NCBI RefSeq assembly: GCF_009914755.1
Contig: NC_060927.1
DNA from: the human T2T-CHM13v2.0 reference genome, Homo sapiens
DNA: 64,000 bases
Direction: 5' to 3' (one strand)
Notes under the pieces: model-generated
The model's database searches: none
Seen by the model: only the letters and a program-made list of their open reading frames with translations
What the model was told of the DNA's origin: nothing
Made by a program: the position numbers and the translations under genes
In this document: one piece after another, positions 25,369 through 39,360 of the stretch
How the letters are laid out: each line of letters begins with the position of its first letter
Numbering within the stretch: the stretch's first letter is position 1

Positions 25369-28137
25369 TAGGAGTTTTTCAAAGCTACCTGAGGAAACAG
25401 AGGTGTTGAAGTGTTTACTTGTTAGGTTGCTATAGTGATAGGAAGAAAGATGAAAATATGTACATATGAGTCAAGAGACAACAGACAAACAGAAGAAATA
25501 GAAGTGATTTCAGGACAAGAAATGAAAGGCTAAGATTAAAACAGCAACCAACATTGGAGGGACATAGAAGAGGGACAGTTTTTAAGTAGACTAGTCAGAG
25601 AAGTGATCTCCGAGAAACTGACATTTGAACTAAGACAAAAGCCTGAGAAGGACCCACGATAGGCCTGAGGTCGTCACTGAGGTGGTGGGCCAAGTAAGAG
25701 ACAGTGAAGAGCTGGAAATAAGGTTCTAAGATACGCAAGGCCTAGGTCAGACTGGTCTTGCAGGCTATGGTGAGGAGTTTGGATTTTACGCAAAGTGTAG
25801 CAGGAAGTCACTGAACAGACAGAAGCAGGATGATGAGCAGGTCAAAGGTGTTTAGAGCCTTGAACAGAGAGTGAAGGAAAATGGAAGAACTTATTTATAA
25901 GATGAGAAGACCAACTGCTCTGATTTCATCATGTAGGCTGTTATGAACAGATGAGAAAGACAATTTGGTTTCATTGATGTTTCATTCATAGGCTCTCGTT
26001 CCCATTAGAACATTTCAAAAGGGAAAACAAAAACCCAGCTAAAATAGGGAAAACCTATATATTCTAGATGTGGCTTTGCTTTTTCTCAAATGATACCATT
26101 CTTATTTCCAAATGCATTAAGTAATGGATGGAAATGTATGCACTATTGCTCAATTCAATTCAGCTGGAAATTTTACAGTTCTTGTGTAGGTGTTTTATGT
26201 AATCAATTCCCCAAAACACTGAACCTAGAGCTATTTCCTTAGGAAACTTTAGCTACCAGTTTCTGAAATCTGTCGTAGTGAAGAGTAAGCATGTGAAAGG
26301 CAAATTAAATTCCATACAAGATCAATTTCTTCTTTCTGACTCTACAAATTTAAATGGTACCTAACTCTTGAAGAAGTAGCTTACAGGTCATCTCTTCCGT
26401 GATGTGTTTACTGGGCCCGTGCACATATAATCTCATACATGCCTCTTCATAATATGAGTTTAAAATAGCTTGATAACATATGCCAGACTCCATTTCAAAT
26501 TTTCTATAAATAATTTCTTTTTGAAGTCTCGGAATAACCGTATGTGGCAGGTGAAGTTATAATCACCATTTTACACAAGACAAAACTGAGACCCGGAATC
26601 ACAGAGTTGATCAGTGGTAGTGTCAATATTGGAAATTGAGCAAGCTTAATCATTATACTATTCTGCTCTTTGATTGTAAAAAGTAAACCTGCACATTTAT
26701 TCACCTCTATTTGTCCCACTTACTTTGTGGTGCCTTATATGAAGGAATAGTTCAATAAGCGTATTGAATCAGTGAATTAATCTGTGACCTATTCTTTCAA
26801 GTTGTATCATTTCATTAGCAAATAGTGATAAAAACGTGGGTTTTAGACTGAGGCAACCTAGGTAGCAGAAGGTACTCACTACCTCTGTGATATGGTAAAA
26901 TTACTAACATCTCTAAACCTCTTTCTTCATCTATGTTGTTGGCACAAATGTAGGGCCATTGTGAGGATTACATGAAGTGTGCATGTAAAGCACTTAGCAC
27001 AGTTCCTGGAACATAATTAGAGCTGAGTCTATCTGAACTGTTTTTATTATTTTTTGAACTAAAATAACCTCCTCAAACATGATTACAATTATGTACCAGG
27101 CAGTTTTTTAGTTGTGCTTGTTTTATTAACTTTCTTTTAAAAATCAAAGCCAAAGATTCAATCATATAATCAGTGATGTTAATTTTGTTCCAGGGCTCAT
27201 CCTGGCATCCTGCCCTCAGCAGGGCATGCAGTGTGGATTCTGAAAGGCCCTCTTATAGGAAGGAAGGCCAGTTCTGGAGAACAGCATGAGAGCAAAAGGT
27301 GCTGTGTGACCACGCTTTTTTCCTCCATACATCTGACATAGCTAAAGGCAGCACTTCCAACCTTGCCTGTCTATCTCCCTAGCCTGGATCTACCTTGCTG
27401 GAAAGTTACTTTGTATTCCAGCGATGATCCCAGAGCATTTTGGGTGACAAGGAAAAAACAGCAGAAGACTAAAGTTTTGCCCCAGATAACACTTAATGAG
27501 GTTAATTTACAGAACTTGCTGGAGGTTTAGGACCTAATATTGATCCTGTGCCTCTTGTGTACCAGGAGCTGTGCTGAATGTCTTAGTTTCATTATCTCAT
27601 TCAATCCTTACTGCAGCCATGTACAAATTTTAGTCGTAAACCAAATTTACAACTAAAAAATAAAAATAAAAAGTGACATGCTTGACATGCTTGCCTCTAC
27701 GTGTGTTTTGCAGGGCTGTGGTGATAAAATCAAATATTTCTTGTGTTTTGCCACATTTTTCTTTGAAAGCAAATTTTGCAGCGTTGCAACACCTCTGGAG
27801 TCTCCAGGGACCTCCCCTGCAGTGAAGACACATTTGGCAGAGAAATGAGGCAAAGGTTGCATGTGGAAGGCAGGAAGTTTCATTCCAGTTGACAGTTTAC
27901 TTTGACCTGGAAGAAGCTGGTACCAATGAGCTGAGTTCTATTTTGTGGATTACATTTGTTTGCTTCTTTGTAGGGAACCAATATGGTGCTTGTTTACATT
28001 TTTTTTTTTTTTTTTTTGCTTTTGGTCTTGTTATGGGATGTTTAAAAGGTGTAACTTTTATCCTTCTACATTTTCCAAGTAAAGTTCAGATGTTTCGATA
28101 TTCCTGACACTATTTGATAAATTATTTTAAGGAAAGG

Positions 28138-28140
<3 letters not shown>

Positions 28141-28180
<40 letters not shown>
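28141..28180. repeat. (AC)20 microsatellite
   Basis: Perfect dinucleotide run. Confidence 0.97.
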
Positions 28181-28183
<3 letters not shown>

Positions 28184-29566
28184 AATGGTGCCTGATTCAT
28201 AATTGGCACTCACTATATATTTGCTGAATGAATACATAAGAAAATAAATGCATTTCCTTTTTCATCTTTCTCTCTCTGAGAATGGGAACTGCTGCAGGAT
28301 TTTTTTAAATGGCAAGTTTCAATATATACCTTTCTTCTTAAATGTTTGCTTTAAGAATAATTTCAGAAGGAGATTATTCTAAAATATGGAGCATTACTTA
28401 ATCTTAGTTATGCAGCACAGCTAATTGGAGTGGACTGTAATTCCTTTGGAATTTATTGAGGTGAGATCATTTACTTGTATACTAAATGGTCCCAGACTGA
28501 TATACTGTTAAATTTGTGTAGTCTGATTTTCATAAATTTGCTGGCCTTTCTCTCTCTTATTGTCTGCTAATTCTCATTGCTTTTGGCATGTCTGGCTCTC
28601 CATTCCCCATACAATTAACAGTTTCTACTTTACTGCAGACTAGGAAGCTGGGTAATGAATTTGTTGGACCGGGCATATAATAAGAATACATAGCTTTGAA
28701 TGTGGACTAGAGAGACTCTTTTCCAAGGTAAGGAAGTTAAAAGTTATGGCTGCTATAGAAACAGTCTTCATATAAGGTGATACCACACATAGTAACACTG
28801 GGTTTCAGTTGCCTGCGTTAATAAAAAGGGAGGCTTGGTAGGGATAATTCATTTACTCTTTTGGACAATAAGCATTTTCTGAGAAACTTCTGTAGGCAAG
28901 ACACTGGTGAGATATAGAGAATTAAAAAAGCAAATACACAAACACAACTGAAAGATAAAACATACACAGGGGTTTATAATACAATTTATACAGTATTTCA
29001 AATAGCATGAGAATACATAATGTACTTTGAAAAGATATATAAGGTAATAAAACATTTTTGTATTTCAGAGGAAAGACAATTGTGTAACTCAGGAAGGGCT
29101 TTATAAGGAAGTTGTATTTAAAGTGAGTCTTGAAGTGATGGACAGGTTGGACAGAGAGAGATTGGTAAGGAGAAGTGGTAAATGAATTATGGTCTGACCG
29201 GGGTGAGTGAATGATATGGATTGTGCGATTTATCAGAGAGAGCTACAATTGTGGGAGAGACTGGGCAACTGAAGGCCTAGGGCAGGATATTTGGGAGATG
29301 AGAGAACAGTTAAGAAATCCTGAGAAGGCACTGGTTAGGAAGTCTGTTGAGGGCTGTTGCCTCTGCCTGTGGCAGGCAGACAGTCAGAAATGAAATCTGG
29401 ATGTGACGTGGAAAAGGACAGATTGGAGCCCCTGAGTCTCTAGTTTGATGATATAGGTGTTCTGCAGAAGAGATTGGTGCTCTTAGCCACGGAATTTCAC
29501 ATCTGCCTGGCTTCAGACGGAGGAGTTTAAAGGGAAGATCTGGCAGGAATTGAAAGAGCAGTGGGC

Positions 29567-30195
<629 letters not shown>

Positions 30196-31414
30196 GAAAG
30201 AGCAGTGGGCCTGGCTGCTGCCCCATCTAGGAGGTGAGCCAGTGATCAGCAACAACGTATGTGAGTTGCAGTACTACCTAGAGGCCTAGACAGACCCTCT
30301 GAATAAAGTTCTCTATGGGCAGCCCTAACTTGGAACCATAAAGAGTAAGGAATTCTAGGAAACATCATTCCAGTTTAACTATTTTTGCACAGTTAGGAAA
30401 CAGAAGTGACTTTTATCTTAGAGAAAGGGAAGATAATGAAAACATAAAGTGAAGGAGGGAAACAGGAACCTGCCCTGGAGAGAGCCCAGTCTGACCGGGA
30501 GATAATATGTGAATACATCATCATTGAATGCAAGGAGGCACTATTTTTTGGGGACCTTAAATGCTCTGTTAAGAAATTCATACTTAATCCTATAAGACAT
30601 GGAGACACAATGAATATTCTCGAGTAAGGGAGGGGCATTATCAGATCTGTATTTTAGATCTGGCTTAGAGAGGGAATAAGTGGGGCAATTAATGAGGATT
30701 CTATTATAATAATCAAGGTGGAAAATTTGCATTCCCAGAACTTTCTTCTGTTCTCACTAAAGGAGGTGACCCAGAGTCATCATAAGATGTTCTGGACCAT
30801 TCTGGGAATTAAAAATGCTAGTGTACATTACAAGCCAAAGTGATTTCACCTATGGCTGCTATTGTCAACTCCGATGCCCTTATGGTATGCCTAGATAACT
30901 CTTCTTAAAAACTCCCTGATAAGTTTGCTTCTAGTAGGTGAAGAACAAGGAGAAGTGTATACACAATTAGAACATCGGCTTAAATGAAATTGGCTTATGC
31001 AATCATGTCAGTATCATTTTGAGAGGAGAGATCCTATAAAAACAAATACTTATTACGTAGTAAATTAAGACTTTGGGGCTTTACTGAGTGGTAACAACAG
31101 TATTCTCTTATGTGTATCCAAGTGCCCAACAAGTTACAGACCACTTACATGTTCATTATCTCATTTGATTTGATAACAGCTCTGCAAGGTCAGTTTTATC
31201 TGAATTATTACAAGTGAAAAAACTGAAGCTCAGAGGTTGTGATGACCATCAAGTGGCCACTTAGCCCCGATGATTCAAGAGCTCATTGGTGTTCTATATA
31301 TTCAAAGGGCACCATTCTATTGCTCAACTTTCCATTTCGCTCTATGCACCACTGCCTGATAATCTTGGGACATATCTTTGTTCATGCTGTGTCCTTGTTC
31401 TAAATCCATTCATC

Positions 31415-31588
31415 GCTGGGCCCTGTTGCTCACACCTGCGATCTTAGCACTTTGGGGAACTGAGGTGGGAGGGTCCCTTGAGCCTGGAAGTTTGAGGTTA
31501 CAGTGAGTCTGGACTGTGCCACCGTACTCTAGCCTGAGCAACAGAGCAAGAACCTGTCTGTAACAATAATAATAATAATTAAAAAAAA
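31415..31588 (+). mobile_element. Old Alu monomer (FRAM/FAM-like)
   Basis: gctgggccctgttgctcacacctg...cctgagcaacagagcaagaacctgtct plus (AAT)n tail. Confidence 0.8.
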
Positions 31589-32486
31589 TCCACCCATAGT
31601 TCTTGGACATTCTCACTTTAAAGATCTCTTTCCACCCAAAGAACAGGCTTTTTGTAACCCAGGTGTTACAATTTCAGCTGTTCTGTTTCCTCACTTTCCT
31701 GAAGTATTTTTACTGCCTTTCCTCAAAGCACAGGACACCAAACACAGGGTAAAGAGGAAAGGGTTCTTTACAAAAGCATACCTGAGTGGATACCTTAACA
31801 CCCTCAGGAAATCTACACATCTTTGAATTAGGGCATTCCATAAGTCTTCCCTGTCAGCACTTCCCGGCACATACTCCTGAATGTTTAAAAACCAACCATA
31901 TCTCTTGGCTTCCTACTTGTCAAGACACAGCTGAACTTACTCACTTGTCTTGACTTATGTAAAACACACACTTACAGTCAGTGCTGTATCACCTAAGACT
32001 TCAACAGCCAGCAGCAAGTGAATTAAGAAACCGTAATATATCCTCCATTCAATGCACCCTTGCAGGGTTTTGCACCCCTAAAGAGATCCCTAGGGCACAT
32101 GAAATCGGGTGACTACCCCAGCTTCTTGCTGTGGGGAATCTAGGGTTTTTGTAGTTAATGATATTGAGACATGGACTTAGGGGAACAGGAGGAGGCATAT
32201 AGAAATCAAGCTTTCGCAGCAGCCATTAAATGGAATACGTGTAATCGTTCTCAAAGAATACTAGATTGCTGGGGCCAAAGAGGCTAAACCTCTGGCTTTG
32301 CAGAAAGGCCTCAGAGGAATATGTTGTGTTTATAAAGTCAGCCAAACCTACCTGTAACTGGCTTTCTAGTTCTGGCATAGTGCACTTTCTGGTATCATGC
32401 TGCTTCTCTTGTCTTGGTTCTCACACATGAGTTTTGGCCTAATTGCTCTAGTTTGAGAGAGTCAAAGGCAAGTCTTCTAGTAATGA

Positions 32487-32844
<358 letters not shown>

Positions 32845-33499
32845 AATCATCTTGTCTAATTCCATGTGAGGTGCTTTACTGACCCTGTCCACCAATAAGG
32901 AAATTGAGAGTCAATGTGGTTAAGTAGCTTGTACAGCTGTGGAGAAGGACCTGAACCCAGGTCTATATGGCTGTAAAGCTCATGATGAAACCCCGTGCTT
33001 TGCCTCCCTGTGCTGAGGCGTGCCGTGCATCCCATGGCCCCTATCCAGTTTGCTTGCACGTACAGCTGAACATCTTATAACAGGCGTTTAGTTAGTACTC
33101 TGATGTGTCTGACAGTTCCCTAGAAGCTCAGCTTGGACTGAGCCAGCCCATTTGCGTTTCTGGCCTCTTCTTGCTTCCTTTTCTCCTTTTTCAATTTCCT
33201 TTTTCGGCTCAGGCAGCATGGGAGATGCCTTAATCAATTGATGATAGTTCCTTCTGTTTTAATGACATTCTCATTTCCTCAGTATGTTTTTCTCACTTTG
33301 AGGGTTGGAGAGGGGAGTAAGGGAACAAATACTTTCAAAAACCCCTAGTCTCCTAGTTTTGAAAGTAAGTTCCATGACGTTATGGAAATGCTGCTTTGAA
33401 ATACTGGAACTGCTGTATTGAATGCCCATAGGTGTCTGTGAAAGAGGGAACCGTAGGCCCAACATGGCTCGAAAGACTTCATCCAGGATAAGTAGGTTG

Positions 33500-33720
33500 A
33501 CATGACAAGGGATTTGGGTCCAGCTCAACATAAAGAGACATTTATTACAATTAGGGCCATATGAAAACTACATTAGTAATGAGTTCACCATCACTAGAGA
33601 TATTAAAAGAGGGCCTAGACATCTAGTTGGCAAGGATGTCACAGGGAGATTTGAATATTGGAAAAAGGAGTTTGAATCAAAATGACATTTAAAGGCCTTT
33701 CCGGCCTTGAGATTCTGTCT
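33500..33720 (+). mobile_element. CR1/L3 3' end remnant
   Basis: gtaatgagttcaccatcactagag...atgacatttaaaggcctttccggccttgagattctgt resembles the L3 terminus. Confidence 0.55.
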
Positions 33721-36700
33721 TGAATTCACTTAGAAACTTTATATTGGGAATAAAGGTTTCCCCTTGTTATAATTAACACCAACTAGTGATGTCTCCTCCT
33801 CCCTCCCCCCTGTGCTTCCCCTGTCTGAACAACTACTCGATTTAAGAAGGGGACTTAGGATGAGGAAGGATGTGGTTCCTTCCCACTTGGCAGCACTCCG
33901 TGTCAGAATGGAAGACTTGTGTCTGGGCCTGGCACGGTTCCGTCAGGCCCTCTTACCAGCCCAGTCGTGTCTGTGACCAGAGCACGTGGGAGGTGCACAT
34001 CCGTGTAGAAAAACCTCCCACTGGCTGCCAGCTCTGGATTTTTGAAATAATTCCTAATGAATGCAGTCTTGCCCAGGCCAAACCTCTTACAGGAATGATG
34101 ACACACCCTGAAACAAGTCCGAGTCAGGCCAGACAAGCATCCCCTGAAAAATACTCCCTTTGCGGTTGGCAGCATATGAGAAAGTATCTTTGAGAGCCGT
34201 TTCTTCTTGCCGTTTCAAAGGAAAGCTGCTTGCAGGCCAGGAGGTCAGGAGTGAAAAACTCCTTTTTTTTTTTCTTCTATTTTTTCTTTTCTTTTAATTG
34301 GCTTACTACTCATCTGAAAGCTCTGCTAGTCAAATATGATAATCCTTTGATTTAATGTCAGGATTGAGACAGTTCTCTGGTTCTTGAAGGAAAGAGTGTT
34401 GCAATGCTAGGAAGTCTCCAGCAGCTGATTAACAGCTTTGATTTGAAAGAATAAAAAGAAAGATACAAAAACTGGCAGTGGGTCCTACCGATCGGTGCTG
34501 CAACTAAGAATGGACAGTATTTAAATAAGATGATCTTTCCCCTCAGGATTTACAGAGACTTCCATAATCTCCAGCCCACTTCATTTTTTTTTTTTAATGT
34601 AATGTTACAGCTCGGTATGCTTTGCTCAAATCTATCATGTTTGGATATTTCAAACTAGGAAGTTTCATTCCTTGTAGAAAAGCTTCAGAAACTCACCAGA
34701 TATTTTAAGTCAGGTCAGTCCAGCTCTTCCCAGGAAATAAAGATGTTAAGAACTTCATAGCTGTAGGGACTCCTTAGAGATCCGATCCAGTGCTGCCTAT
34801 AGGACCTTGGGCCGAGATTTCCCATGTACACCATAAATCTTCACAAAGTCGTGGGAAAAGAACAGCAACTTCAGCTCCTTTTGCAGCCTGATCATTGCTT
34901 CTGGGCCCGAGTAGCTGTCTTCTTTTGATATAGGACCATTGCCTGTTCAGACATGACTCTTTTTCCTGGATACAAATGGTATGTTATTTTTAGGGGGCAG
35001 TTATATTTCTTAATAGTTTTCAGAGTTGGTAGACAGGCCTGAACTGGGAATCAAAAGCCATCTTCTCACATTTCCACTAGTGAGTTATTGACCTCATGAA
35101 AGTCACCTCTCCTCCCTGGGCCTTTACTTCCCAAATAGTGTTCCAAATAACATTAGTGACTTCTGAGGTCCTGTCTAATTTTCTAGATGTCATCCGGATA
35201 AGAAGATAAAGTGTAAGAGAATTAAAAAAAAAAAAAAAAAGAAAGAAAACCAGCAAAGTGAAGTGTGGGGCTTAGGAAAATGAGAGTCCTCTGTTTAAAA
35301 TATGTCTCAGAGAGCCTTGGTAGCAACAAAGGTCCCAAATATAGGAATCTTAGTCTGTACTGTGTATTGCAGGGTATATGGATTTCCTGTATTTGCCTAA
35401 GTTCTATTTGCTAAGAGCTGACTAGAAACATGAATAGTAGTCCTGAGGAAGCTTAAAGATGCTATCACATTCAGTTTACTCATTTGACATATCAACCCTG
35501 CGGCCTTTGTTCTGGAGGTACACTGAAACTTGAACTCAAGTCTCCTGCCTGCTTGTGCAATGTGCTTTCAAGTACACTGCCTATTCAGTTTATTTAGCAG
35601 TGATGAACGCTTACAGAAACCATCAAGCTATGTTTTGAAAGTTAGTTGATTCAAAACAATAGAGTTTAGTGGTCAGCCAAACAGAAGCAAGGAGATTTGC
35701 TAGTTTTGCATATGTGTGTGACTTAGTTTCCCTATTATCCACGTGTTAAACATAAGTTCTTTGTACAGCTCTATTCCTGGCCAACAATTAGTGCTATTTT
35801 TTTTCTCTCGGGTTTTAGAAGATCTACCTCCTCCAAACAACAGCAATTAACTACGACTTATAACTCACTCTCAGCTCCCCACCAGGGCCACTTACATTCA
35901 CATTTCTGATCACAATATTTCTTAAGGTAAATCTTCAGTTCTCTGAGAATGCTGAACAATGAGTGTCTTCTAGCTCAAGTTACAGTTTGTAATGACCAAT
36001 TTTGTAATTGTGGAACAGCCACAAACACGGTGGCATAAGATTCATGTATCCTGGCTTAATAGCTCAGATTATTTCCAAAAACCCACTGACGTTGGATCAA
36101 TCATGCTACCTTTGTCCTTTTGTTTTTCTGTCTATTAAGTGCTGTGTTTGGCCCAGTCTTCCTCAGGTCTCCTATGGTCAAGGATCGTGTTTTAACTGTT
36201 TTGATAGGTTGTCTTTCTCAGGTGTATTCCATGCTACACTGCTATCATATAGCAAAGATCCTGAGAAATTATACTTTCATGAACAATTCAGGGCTGTGAT
36301 TTTGAACATGAATTATTTTTCACTGTGCATAATGATGTTCCCAGAACCTATTGAAATACGTAAGACTCTAACGTGAAATGGCCCCAGACCCCCATATTAC
36401 CAGTTTTTGCTTGTTGGGTTTCTTTTCTTGTTGGGTGTTAGTAGCTCAACTTTCACACCTGCCATCAACATGCCTCCTTATAAAAGCCATTTGTCCTTCA
36501 TGCAAGTTTGTGACTTCTTCTCTGCCTAGGCATAAGGACTCAGATAACCAAGTTGTTATCTGAAGATCTGTACTATAAATAAAGTTGATTCTTTTTTTAA
36601 TTTTTTTTTAAGTTGATGCATCTTAGTTACCGTTTGCAGCTCTGGTTTGTCTAGCTGTTGGCTACTGGTATTTACTTGATAATTGACACTGTCTAGTAAT

Positions 36701-38507
36701 TGAGTTACCAGCTGTTGAGGTATGACTGCATGCCTCTGATTCTGTGGGTCTCACTTTTCTCTTCTTTGGATGTTTTCACTGGCCAATAGATTCGTTTTGT
36801 ATTTTTACTGTGATCTTCTGGGTAGATGCTAGGGACCCTAATGATTTTTAAGTAATCCTGAAGAAAATTACCGTAAGCCTAAAGGTGGTTGAAAATGACA
36901 GTTTTTTGCAAATAATCAAAATGCCATCCATAGGGACATGGTTAAATACACTATCATAAGCTAGACAATGTAATCATATTTAGCCATTAAAAATGATGTA
37001 TAATAGATCATAATGCTACATAAGTGTGAATTAGGGTGACAACCATGGTCTATGCTTTGCCTAATAAAGTATAATTTAAAAAACAAACAGACAAAAAGAA
37101 ATGTAATTACATAAGCTAATCTGGAAAAAATGTGAAAGACACATTACTAAATAAAATAAGCATCTTTTATATACACATATGATTCAATTTTTGTAAAAAG
37201 AAAAACAGTTATATGTGAAAAAATGAAAGAGTCTGAGTCTAGTAGTTATATATGGTTATATTAAGAGAGAGACTGGATGAATGCCAAAGGGAGAGGAGAA
37301 GGGGCCACAGTGTTTACACTTCCTACCTAATATAGATATTTTTTTTAACTTTTAGACATTTACTTATTTAAAAAATTAACTTGGAACCTCTTACTAAGTG
37401 AGACTCGTAGCCTATCTCAAAGAGCGATAATGTGATATTTAAAGATTTTGCTGATTTGGACAGAAACAGAAACAAGAAGTGATAGAGAATTTATTAGATG
37501 CTTTACTTTAGATACATTTTCTCTTCTTTTTTTTTATTATTAATAATGTTGGCAGGGAGGCAGTGAACTTGCCCATTAGAGTTTGGCAACCTGCTTGAGT
37601 TTCCTAGGCATCCCATGAGTCCTCTCTGTTTCTTGCCACACAGCATTGACTCAGATCTATTCCTTTACATGCAGGCAGCTGTACGAAAACCTATGCACTC
37701 TTATAGCCTCATCTGGTTTCCTTTGTCAAGATATTACATTATGAAACATTTTGGGAAATTAGCAGCTTTTGACAGTAAATACGAATGATTTGTGATTCCA
37801 CTAAGCCACTGCTTAATTTTAGGCTGCTGAATGGTGAACACTTTAAGGAGCGTGGGAACAGGCCATATTTTGTTTTGATCTTACACAGTCTCATTTGAAG
37901 GAAGGTTATCCATTTGAAGATGGGCTATAATTTACAGAAAGGCAATTATATTGAAGACTAATAATGAGCATTTAGTAATACATATCAAAATGTAGAATAT
38001 GAATAACTTCAGAATTTCAAGATCTTTTATTCTACATAATTAATTTTTACAGCTGAAATGTGCCTATCTTTTTGGCGATCAGATACCCCCTGCCCTCCAA
38101 AATACAGGGTTAAATCTACATAAGACGTATACGATTTCTCCATGGCATATCATTCTAGGCCTGTTTTCTGTAATTCCTTGCCTACTCACCTGCAGGTTAT
38201 ATTCTAGTCTTACTAGATTTCTTGTTTTCCTCTAAATATCTCATGTACTTTTCTGTTTTGAGAACTTTACTCAGATTATTTTTGCTTTTTGGAATACCTT
38301 CTCTTTTCTTCCCTTCTTTTCTCTTTGCTCTCCACTGTCTCTGTGATTCTTTCTGGTCCCTAAGTACCCACACAGAAGCACACACCTCTGTTCCTCTTCC
38401 TGTTTAGATGCAAGATCTTCCCCATGAACCCTCCCTACCACTATTAGCTAGCAAGAATCACTGCTCACTTGGCATCCACAGCCCTTTATTTACACTTTAT
38501 GCCTTAC

Positions 38508-38680
38508 ACTGTTGCTTCTCAATGTATGGTCTAAGGAGCAGCAGCAATAGCAGCCTCTGGGGGTTGACTAGAAATGCAGAATCTTGAGTCTTGTCCTAGA
38601 CTTATGGAATGTGTGAATCTCCATTTTACCCAGTTTTCCAGATTCTCCTTATGCATGCTACCATTTGAGAAGCACTGTCT
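38508..38680. mobile_element. MER5A-like hAT MITE
   Basis: cttctcaa...tagaaatgcagaatct...tttgagaagcactg terminal motifs. Confidence 0.75.
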
Positions 38681-38990
38681 TAGAGCAGATATCCAACTTT
38701 GCCTTCACTTGGTTGCTTTTGTGTGAGTGGGTTCTGATAGAATCTGGCTTGTGATCACAGACTGTATCTTCAGCATTCATCTGCAAGGCAGGATGGAGTG
38801 CTTTGCACACAGCAGGAGCTCTTAACTGTGTGTTGTTGAATAAAAGCTTGCATTTTCAATGAAGAGGGGTGTTTGAGGGAAAAAACAAATACAGGGTATT
38901 TCCATGATTCTTGTCGGCACGATGTCTTTCAGATTGTCTGGTTTCCATCATTGCTGTGGTTGGGTTTTATAGACCCTAGTACAAAGGGAC

Positions 38991-39360
38991 TGATATGGTT
39001 TGGCTGTATCCCACCTAAATTTCATCTTGTAGTTCCCATAATCCCTATGTGTCATGGGAGGGACCCAGTGGCAGGTAATTGAATCATGGGGACGGTTACC
39101 CCCATGATGCCTTTCTTGTGATAGCAAGTGAGTTCTCACGAGATCTGATGGCTTTATAAGGGGCTCTCCCCTGTTTTGCTCAGTACTTATTCCTACCACC
39201 ATGTGAAGAAGGACGTGTTTGCTTTCCCTTCCTCCATGATTGTAAGTTTCCTGAAGCCTCCCCAGCCATGCTGATTTGTGAGTCAATTAAACATCTTTCC
39301 TTTAAAAATTACCCAGTTTTGGATATGTCTTTGTTAGCAGTGTAAGAATAGACTAATACA
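38991..39360 (+). mobile_element. Solo THE1 LTR (THE1C-like), sense to the gene
   Basis: tgatatggtttggctgt...gactaataca; TSD gggac/gagac. Confidence 0.92.
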
